From Octopus vulgaris (taxonomy: Eukaryota): 64,000 nucleotides of DNA. Numbering within the stretch: the stretch's first letter is position 1; each line of letters opens with the position of its first letter. Positions 53,614 to 64,000 of this stretch are shown here, piece after piece. The notes beneath the pieces are model-generated. The model did no database searches, was not told the origin of the DNA, and saw only the letters and a program-made list of their open reading frames with translations. The translations under genes were made by a program, and so were the position numbers. The DNA is taken from NCBI GenBank assembly GCA_951406725.2, contig OX597815.1:45012001-45076000 (forward strand). Reading direction: 5' to 3'.

Positions 53614-55644
53614 TCAGAGTTGCAGGTGAATCCGAGGTTTAGTGGTTAACCAAACAGAGACTCTGCTTTCGCTGATTATTCGGAGCTGTGTGGTATAACC
53701 ACTTACCGTAATTAACGATAATAAAATATTGGTTCTAAATTTTGGCATAAGGCCAATAGTTTAGTCGATTAAACTGACCCCAGTGTTCAATTGGAACTTA
53801 TTTCATCAACCCTGATAAGATGAAAGGAAAAGCCGGCCTTGGTGGAATTTGAACTCTGAACGTAAAGACTGACGAAATGCTGCCAAGTATTTTTCCCGGC
53901 ATGCTAACGATTCTCCCAGCTCGCCACTTTTAAAACAGAAATGCACGTGCTGCGTCATTGCAAAGTGAACTCATGATGATAACACAAGAGTTCTAATATT
54001 TTCGCCAAATTAACATGCTAAACAGTAATAGCATATCGATTTCAAATGTTGGCACAGGGCCAGCTATTTTGGAGTAAGTCGATTCCATCGATCCCAGTAC
54101 TCAACTGGTACTTGTTTTATCGCCCTCGAAAAGACGAAAGGAAAAGTCCACCTCAGTAGAATTTGAACTCAGAACACGAAGACGGACGAACTGCGCTAAG
54201 CATTTCGCCCGGCGTGTTAACGATTCTGCCTTCTCGTTCCTTAAACGGTAATAAAATATTGAGCGGATATATAACCTTTTTGCATTCAAAGGGTTAAAAG
54301 GTTATATTTTCAGTGATTTTCCAGTAACCCAATGAGCTAATATTAGAGGCATGATTAATGATTCTTATTTTTTATCCTTAGAATTCGTTTATCTCATTAA
54401 TTTGGATAATTGATAAGCTAATAATTATTATAGACCACTAGATGTGTGCTGACTGTAGAAGTCAGTCGCAAAGGAAAACAAGTATCATGCCAAAAGACCA
54501 TGCCTGGTAGTTCAATGTTGTCACTTGGGAGATTGATGTGCTTTTACACACTAGATCTATAGGGAGAAAATCCCTGCAGCGGGTACCTTTCACGTTCTAG
54601 TGTGTTGGTGTATGTTAAAACTAAATGTAAAAATCATCTAATAAGAAGTATTAAGACATTTATTGTGTATATACTTATATGAAATATGTATTTTTGGTGT
54701 ATGACTATATATCTTTATTCATGTACTGATTCATTCATATCATATCACCTTCTAGAACATAACGATTACTACGACACTCAGTACTTATAAGAAGGAGCGA
54801 TAAAGTTTACCGATGGGATTTTGGTCAACTAAATTTTGATAGTAAAATAGATAGAGATTATGGTGAGTGGTATATAGTTAAAACTTATTCAACGACTTTT
54901 TTTCCGATATAACTTTATAATCTGACTACTATTACTAATAGTAATAAATACTATTAAATCAAGTTAGTACAAAACTAAAGGATGGAATAAATTATTAAAA
55001 GAGAAAAATAATTTAAACACTTATCTGGTACATACGTCGAATTGTATTATTTCAACATACATAGATACAGAAACACTCACCCACGCATACAGAGCGATGA
55101 AATGCATGCGCATGTTATTTAGTTATATTTATAGATTTATTGGAGAAAGAGCCGGTTTCCAACAACATTAGGGTGTCACTTGAGCATTCTTGTAGGCTTG
55201 TCTGTAGTGGTGACTGTTTGAGCTGATGAATGAAAATATGTTTCTTGAGCTGCATGTAGATATGACTAAAGAACACCCACGAATATTTAGCAGAAGATTT
55301 TATTATCGTACTTAAATACAAACTGCGTTGGCATTTTACAGGTAAGAACAGCAATAACTACATACCAGGAGTGAGATACTACTTGGAGTTTGAAGGCAAA
55401 CTATTGATACAGCAACATGCGATTTATCCAGCATAGCTAGAATCAATTGTGTCATATTCGTGGTGAAGGCGGTTCTTGGTCATCTACTCGAGCCGTTTGC
55501 GTGGGGGCTGTCTAGTGTGACAAGAATTGAAATATATGTCATTCGGCTGCCTTAGCTTTCTGCTATTAATTACTACTTGAAGGCGGCCTTCTATATAGCA
55601 TAAGAAGATTCTAGAAGATTGACTCTGGTTGGTTGCTTGACTAT

Positions 55645-55964
55645 GGAGGCGCAATGGCCCAGTGGCTAGGGCAGCGGACTCGCGGTCGGAAAATCGCGGT
55701 TTCGATTCCCAGACTGGGCGTTGTGTGTGTTTATTGAGCAAAAACACATAAAGTTCCACGAGGCTCCGGCAAGGGGAGGTGGTGGCGACCCCTGTTGCAC
55801 TTTTTTGCCCCAGCTTTCTCTCAGTCTCTCTTCCTGTTTCTTGAGTAACGCTGCGATGGACTGGCGTCCTGTCCATCTGGGGGGAATACATACGCCACAG
55901 AAACCGGGAAATCAGGCCCATGAGCCTGGCTAGGCTTGAAAAGGGCGCATAAATAAAATAATAA
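55645..55964 (+). mobile_element. tRNA-derived SINE family 2 with TSD
   Basis: tRNA-like head, A-rich tail, and GGTTGCTTGACT duplicated on both sides. Confidence 0.85.
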
Positions 55965-56187
55965 GGTTGCTTGACTCTGGTAGGTTGCTTGATAGACGGA
56001 TCATATGAAATTATGGTGGTTGGGTCGAGATGACTGACTGGTTATCCAGAGATTCGATTTCGAATCACCGCTACAAGGGTTTTTGTGCATGTTTGTAGCA
56101 TGTATGCAAGTAATTGGAGTTAGTGCATGTACAGAGCTATATTTTTTGTTTTATTTATATATACTAATACATAAAGTTGCATATCTA

Positions 56188-56223
<36 letters not shown>

Positions 56224-56591
56224 CCTCTATTGCTAAACTTTAGGAAGGCTTTACATATTTTGACAAATCCAATGATAGCTTGTATCTGTAATCTTCTTAT
56301 TAACCTTGCTCTCTGAGAAACCTAATCTCTCACGATTAGTGCTGAGGCAGTTGTTACATTTACTAGTGCCCTAATAATTACGGGTATAAATCTAAACTCG
56401 TAATCCGAGTAGAGTACCTTTAAATTTCTTAACAGTTTCACGTAGGTGTTTCTTTTATGCTGATCTTTAGCTATGTAGACATCCGCTGTGCATAGTTTCT
56501 CTTCTTTGTCTTAAATCAATATGTCTGGGTCTATTGCATTTTATTGAAGTTTTCACAGGGATATTCCTCTAGTACTCCTTCATATTATGAG

Positions 56592-56994
56592 TGTAGGAGT
56601 GGCTGTGTGGTAAGTAGCTTGTTTATCAACCACATGGCTCCGCGTTCAGTCCCACTACGTGGCACCTTGGGCAATTGTCTTCTACTATAATCTCGGGCCG
56701 ATCAGATCCTTGTGAGTAGATTTGTAACGGAAACTGACAGAAGCCCGTCGTATATATATGTTTGTGTGTTTGTGTGTGTGTGTGCGTGTATGCGTGTGTG
56801 TATGTTTGTGTGTCTGCGTTCCCCCACCCACCCACCATCGCTTGACAACCGATGCTGGTGTGTTCACATCCTCGTAACATAGCGGTTCGGCAAGATAGGT
56901 CGATAGAATAAGTACTAGGCTTACAAAGAATAAGTTCTGGGGTCGATTTGTTCGACTAAAGGCGGTGCATCCAAATGACTGAAGCAAATAAAAG
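56592..56994 (+). mobile_element. SINE family 1, tail interrupted by a MITE
   Basis: Colinear with 37624-38031. Confidence 0.88.
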
Positions 56995-57758
56995 GGATCT
57001 TTTCGGTTTGAACGGCAGTTTTTTAAAAATAATTTCTATGTAACTAAACACTTTTAAACTTCGTATACTGGTAGAATCTGTTTATAAAACATCTTTTTCT
57101 CTTGGCTTTCTTGAGAAAATTCTGTAGCTTGTAAGATATTTGTAAGATATTTTCTTCAATTTTGGAAATTTCAACCAATCAATGACGTCTATTGAGGTGA
57201 AAACATTATCTGCCGTAAAATTTTCTGGCGGTGAAATATGAAAATGTTCCTTGTTTAAGAAACAGATTGGGTTTATTTACATTTCTGAAGAAAAAAAGAT
57301 ACCCTTCTCCCTACCTCTAATCCTAACCCAACCCCTAACCCTAACTCTAACCTTAACCCTAAAACAGATTGAAATGCAATAGATCGATACTAGGGTATAA
57401 TTATGGGTGGACACTAAAGAGGGAACGGTTTTGTTATCTAGCTCTGTTTACGAGTGACCTCTCAGTTTATGGCCACAGGGTATCTTTTTTCTCATGAAAA
57501 ACAAGGACATTTTTGTATGACGCCGCCATAAAATGTTTCGGCAGAAATCGTTTTCACCTTAATAGACGTCATTGATTGGTTGAAATTGCCGAAAAGCAAG
57601 AAATTAAAGACCAAATATCTTAGAAACTATAGAATTTTCTCAAGAAAGCCAAGAGAAAAATATGTATTATAAACACATTCTACTAGTATACGAAGTTAAA
57701 AATTTTTTAGTTACATAGAATTTATTTTAAAAAACTGCCGTTCAAACCGAAAAGATCC
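56995..57758. mobile_element. Long-TIR MITE containing (CCCTAA)n-like repeats, copy 2
   Basis: GGATCTTTTCGG...CCGAAAAGATCC termini. AATAAAAG on both sides is a putative 8-bp TSD. Confidence 0.9.
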
Positions 57759-57850
57759 AATAAAAGAATAAAAGAATGTATATAAATACACACAGACAGA
57801 CACGCATACATACATACATACATACATACATACATACATACATACATACA

Positions 57851-57931
<81 letters not shown>

Positions 57932-57973
57932 CAAAGTGGAGTTGTGGGGTACCGCACGAGTGGAATTATATAT

Positions 57974-58384
57974 GAAAGAAGGTTTGAAAATGCAATTTAA
58001 AAGATGTTTATTTACTTTACCGGTTTCACTCTTTGGAAAAAGATTGTCAAAAGTAACATGTAGAAGTTTGGTTGCGTTAATTATTGGTTGTTGCAAATTG
58101 CTACATTACATATATACAGTCTTTGGTAACAGGGACATGTTAAGGACATAAAAAAGTTCAACAAGTTCCTTAAAATAATGGGCACAAAGGAACTTATTGA
58201 ACTTTTTTATGTCCTTAACATGTCCCTGTTACCAAAGACTGTATATATGTAATGTAGCAATTTGTAACAACCAATAATTAACGCAACCAAACTTCTACAA
58301 GTTTCTTTTGACAATCTTTTTCCAAAGAGTGAAACCGGTAAAGTAAATAAACATCTTTTAAATTGCATTTTCAAACCTTCTTTC
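57974..58384. mobile_element. Head-to-head inverted PLE-like termini (198-bp arms), each with a minimal HHR (58012-58056 -, 58302-58346 +)
   Basis: Arms 57974-58171 and 58187-58384. Motif TTACTT-TTGACAA-TCTTT ttcc AAAGA gt-GAAA-CCGG-TA-AAGTAA. Confidence 0.75.
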
Positions 58385-58447
<63 letters not shown>

Positions 58448-58449
<2 letters not shown>

Positions 58450-58955
58450 TATATATATAAAACTGTAGTTGTGTGAGTGTCTGTCTCCTACGATTTAGAT
58501 TCCTAACTCCTCCCATATTTTGTGGTGCAGTTTAACCAAAACCGGGTATCTTATAGTCGTGATTCATATCGAGCCCGTCTGAGTATCAGCGCGCGTCTAC
58601 GATGAGTCTACGATTTTAAAAATAATTTACCATCATTTTTTATTCCATTTTAATGCATAATTTTTCGTGTGTCGATGGCGGCGGAGTTGGCGTCCACGCT
58701 CAAACACCTGCACCTGTGTTTGCTTCTCCCCCTTCTTCCCTCCCTCGTGAAGCTGTGGGGAAGGGAGTTTAAGGAAATCAACGTCGTAATGCGTTGTCAA
58801 GGAGACCAGCGTTCTTTTAGAACAACGACTTGAAGACACCAAAACAGAAATGGCTAAGAAAGCCCGAATTGGCATCTATAAAGGAAGTAACTCTCTAAAA
58901 ATGCTTATATAGTTATTTCCCTTACAAACCCGAGCAACGCCGAGCGATACTGCTA

Positions 58956-58956
<1 letters not shown>
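58448..58956 (+). mobile_element. Non-autonomous Helitron
   Basis: A|TCTATATATATAAAAC ... cccgagcaacgccgagcg..CTAG|T. Homologous to 49168-49805. Confidence 0.87.
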
Positions 58957-59010
<54 letters not shown>

Positions 59011-59013
59011 CAC

Positions 59014-59061
<48 letters not shown>

Positions 59062-61962
59062 ACGCATACACACACATACACGCAAAATGTTTAAAAGCAT
59101 ATGTGTGTGTGTATGAATGTGTATTGTGGGGCGGGGTGTAATTTATCCACCTACACACATACATTCATATGCTCACAGAGGAAACAGTCTAAGAAACTGG
59201 CAGAGTGACATAAAGGGGTTACACTGTAAAGAAACAGAGTTGAGGAGGAAAAGACTCTAAAAAAAGTTATTCACATGTGTGCGGTAACCAATTCGTGACT
59301 AAATTCCTAGCGAGAAGGCTGTTCTTGTATTTCAATTAATTTCCAACATAATCCATAGTTGGGATGTGTTAGTAAGATATCTGTAACTTTATATAACTGG
59401 TATATATAATTTATATGTTGACGAACTAAATTCACATATTATTCCTCTGGTAAGGAACTTTGATCAAGATTTTCATTTAAATAAGACTACTTTCAATGCA
59501 GGCGGTCTGAGGCAGGTAATGTTACTCTATTTCAAGGGTCGATTATTTTTACCTACATATGCATCCCCTTATATACATATATAGTTTACATTCATTTAAG
59601 CTTTTTTACTAGCTATAAGTATATACGGATGTGTTAATGTGTGTGGCTGTGTGTGTGTTTTCTTGTGTGGGCTTGTAATGTTTGTAATATTAATTTGGCA
59701 CAGTCGTAAGAGCATCGGACTGGCTGCCGAGTAATGTTTGATCCGGCTCTCTGCAACCGGGTTCAAATTTCGCCTAGTTATATTTTCCTTTTGGGGTCGA
59801 TAAATAAAATGCCAGTCTATTTTATCGTCGGGCGACATGTGTTGCAACCACTGTCTTTCTTTTTTTCCCCATCTGTGCGTTTTAAGACCAAATTCTGCAT
59901 CTTATCTCGCAAGGAAAAAGAAAATAATTTTAAACTAAATATTGCTGTTTGAAAAACAGAGAAAAGTGATATTGGAAGGGCGGAGAAGCGTGCCGCGGAA
60001 TTTGCATAAAGTTTGAGCTAGAGGAGAAAAACATATACTGCATAGTTGATCAAGCTTCGCTAGATTGAAGTATGTAGTTTTATATTTAAACTGATAATTA
60101 ACATAGTATCTAATTTGGCACTATGCCAGAAAACCTGAGGAAAGGGATCTAGCCAATTGCATCGATCTCAGTACTGTGTCGATACTTTATTTAATCAAAT
60201 CCAAAAGGATGAAAGGTAAAGCTGACTTCGGCGGTATTTGAACTCTGAATATGAATAGCCGAATGATAATTGTTTTTACTTTAGAGACAAAAGCCCAAAT
60301 TTTAAAGGGTGAGAGTTTGTCGTTACTGTTGACTCCAGTACTTGACTGGTATTTCATCTTATCGACCTCGGAGGCATGAAGGCAAAGTTGACCTCAGCGG
60401 AGTTTGAACTTTGACGAAATTCCGCAAATCATCCCTGTCTGGTTCGCTATCATTCTGCGTATCCATCACCCTTATCTTGGTATTTATAATAATAATCAGA
60501 GAAGTATGGATTAGAATTGATAGGGTGCCTCACAAAATGACTTCCATTATCTCTTCAGGCTGTTTACGTTCTGCGTTCAAATCCCGCCGAGATTAAATTT
60601 GCATAATTTAACCTGGGTGGCCAGTAAAATAATGTACCTGTGATGTAATTGGACAGATGGTATCAACTAAGTACGTTCCCGCAAAATTGCTAGTTTTGTG
60701 CCTAAATTGGAAAGGTTATAAATAGCAAAATACAACGAAAAGTAAAATGAAAAAGAAATAACATTGGACGGGAACTCGGTTGCGCAGTTATAAATTATAT
60801 TCCAAGCCACCATTAGCTTTAGTCATTAATCCAGTTTAGGTTCGTGATATATGACTTAATACATACGCCAGGACAAAGTTATGAACGTCATCCAGTTTGC
60901 TTCTGTTCTATGCATCCTCTAAAAGAAAAGACAAAAAATGAACTGTGTATTATTATACAAATATAGTTTAATAAAGCAAAGGAGGAAGTGAGGTATCATA
61001 TCTTATAAAACCAACGTAGTTGTCTGTCTGCGTTTTGCTGACAGCTACAATTGTTCAGGCGGTGTCTTTTCATAGACATGGCGCCTTAACGCAAAGCCAC
61101 TCGTTTTCCACAATCCTTAAATATAACAATCATTCAATTATTTAATAAGTGGTCAATGAATTATTTCTGCATTCAGGAGAGATTATTCAAAGTAGATACT
61201 TCTATGTTTAATCCAAGTTTGGACATAAGAGAAAATACGAGAAAGTCCCAAGAGAAGTACGTCGGACGAAAACTGCATTTTTTGGTAAATATTTGATAGA
61301 AGTAGTGTAATTTATGGAGTGGTATTTAAGGCAAGACTAAATACATTAGGGATAAGAATTTGATAATTAATTTCTGTATGAAAGTGTTTACTAGAATATA
61401 TTGGTTCTAGGTTTTATTTCTCTCACTAAATCAGTCGGTTTTTAAACTAAATTTCAATATACAAATTTATTTTTAAAAACACATAAGTTAGCATTTATTT
61501 AATGTAAAAATAAAATAAAAATAGAAAAGAAACTTTAAACGGATATTTTTCTTTTAGAGCGAATTAAAATTGAGGTAGAGAAAGCAATGTTGGTGATGTA
61601 TTCACTATGCAGCTTTGTAATAATTTTATATCACATGATTAAATCTGAAGTACATTTCCAATGGTGGTTTTGTTCATATACGGAATTTGAAAGGACTTTT
61701 TTTCTATATGTCGGCTCAGGTTTGTGAAATCAAATCGTTTCAGTTACCGAACGTTTTTATACAAGTCTTCAATTAGAGTGCATCTGTACATTAGTATCAA
61801 CCTTTGTTGGTAACGAGTAAGTCATACATACATACATACATACATACATACATACATACATACATACATACATACATGTATACATACATACATCATACAT
61901 ACATACATACATACATACATACATACATACATACATACATACATACATACGTACTCACTGAC

Positions 61963-62011
<49 letters not shown>

Positions 62012-64000
62012 TGCAAGTGTATTTTGATTTCGAATTTTCTAGAAAAGGTGGAAGTAGAAATAGATAACGCTTATGAATAATAAATAGCGTGTAAATATTT
62101 GGTTTAGAAAAAAAAACCCTTCGGTGGAAAAAGTAGCAGACTGTACGTAGAATACCCATCCTCTGTAAACATGATAAACGTTCTACCATTATACCAAAGG
62201 TATCCTTTGAATTTCTCCGTCCATTTCAGGTGTTTTGTTCTTACCAACGAGAATTGCATGTTGTTTACATCATAAGAATTTAGAAAACTTCAGAGACGTG
62301 AAACAAATCGATTTTAACGGTAGAACTCAAAATACACAAAGCTATAATAAATAAAAGATAGAAAAATTGAAGATTGGCCACCCCACTTTTTTTTGTAAAG
62401 TTATTTTCAAAGTTTTTGGACTTTATCATTCTGTTTAATCTTCTTTCCCCTGAAATTTTAAAAGGGTTGTAGTATCTTTTTGTTTCGCTGCCTATCCTTT
62501 CTTATATTATACTTATAACAACCAAGCAATCAAATTTCTTTTTTGGTTCCTCGAAAATGCTGTTCTTGGTGTACCTGCTTTGTTTTGACACGCAAGTCTG
62601 TGATGATAAGTGTGTATGATAATATATCAGAACTTAGGGCTAGCGATACTTCAAACACTAGTGTAAAATTATATATAACGCTCCCAACCCATTAATTATC
62701 ATAGATACCCTCAGCGTTGTTTAATCACCAGCATAACAGACGGTAGTTTTTTTAGTATGTCGTTCACAATGCTACTTTTCATCTTGTTTGAGAAAGATAT
62801 AACAAATCTTTTGTGGGACTTGGCTGAATCTAGTCAAATTGGAACGGACTGGATAATATTCAAGTGAGGTTGCTGTAGACAACGGATTCAGACATTCAAA
62901 TATAATAATAAAAAAAGGAAAGGTTGTACATACATCCATACATACTGAAACATACTTATATGCTTGATGGAGTAGCTGTATTGTCCCATTCTAACATTTT
63001 AACAAAGTGAGGTGAACTTGGAGTAGATAAAGACCTCGTGATTTTATATTTAAGGTTAAAATGAATGCTTGGAAAAATATCTTTTTGGCCTTTATGTGGA
63101 ATGCAAAACTACATAGGCCGTCTCTTTTATTTAGCAGAGGATAAAATAATACATTATAAATGTGTACTGTATTATTATATTCCTCTCTTTCTCCCTTCCT
63201 TCTTTCTCTTCTTTCTTTTCTCACGTCCAGTTCTCTTTCTACTTTTTCTCTCTCTTTCACTGTACATAAATCTTCATACTCTCTAATAGCTTTTGTTTTT
63301 CATTGCCCCATTCTTTTCCCGTTATCATTTTTTGTTGTCTTTCTTCTTTCAGGTGACAGAGCAAAACTGGAGCTAGATTTTTTGTATTATTTATACACTT
63401 TAGATTTAGTTTGATGACATATAAAAACAAAGCAAAACAAATAGCGGTGACAAAGTGCATACTGGTGTATGTGCATATGTATTTAACTGAATGCATTTGT
63501 ATCCATGTATATTCATGCGGCAGTATGAGATTTTGTTACAAGATTTAATATATCTTCAATATCTTCTTTCCACACCCTACTTCATTTGCAACACCTTGCC
63601 TGTAAGTATAAATAAACCTATCACTCGCTAACACTCAGTCATTTATTCAAATAATTTTGACTAAATGACCAACGTAACAGTCTTATAAGCGAGTAACACA
63701 GTAAACACTTCTCCAACTAGCCTTGTGGCTTATAGTAAATAGCAAAATACAAGAAGATGCTTAAAACTACATTCAGCAAAAACATAAGGTGGGGGAATGT
63801 TTTAATAGCTAAGACATTTAGTTTCGTCCCTTAACATTCTGGGTTGAAATCCTATTCAACTAGACTTTACCTCGTATTTTTATAAATCGACTATACATCA
63901 GAAACAGATCATGAGAACGCCAGACGCATTTCAGCTTCATGAGCCTTGTCAATGGCGTGTACTCACATCAGACGAGACTCGTCGCTTACGATTTGTAGAA

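Overview
This is AT-rich, microsatellite-saturated animal non-coding DNA. The SINE, RTE and Helitron repertoire looks octopus/cephalopod-like, which is an inference. No intact host gene is supportable, and nearly all ORF-track entries are microsatellite translations. The window is a mosaic of tRNA-derived SINEs, RTE and R4/Dong LINE remnants, Tigger and mariner relics, MITEs (one family carrying CCCTAA repeats), non-autonomous Helitrons and Penelope-like (PLE) fragments. The main result is a set of hammerhead-ribozyme (HHR) retrozyme-like elements. A young 490-bp tandem array (30143-33114) carries a complete type I HHR with a long stem II in each unit (6 full copies). Two unrelated families with 483-bp (33130-33750) and 434-bp (48271-48880) periods each show more than one unit of terminal redundancy and carry a type I HHR. 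Several minimal PLE-type HHRs, including U3-A8 core variants, are dispersed across the window. Several of these inserts sit in (TA)n as head-to-head inversions with 3' ends facing outward, suggesting PLE-driven retrotransposition of self-cleaving, possibly circular, RNAs. All structures were folded by eye and catalytic activity is untested.
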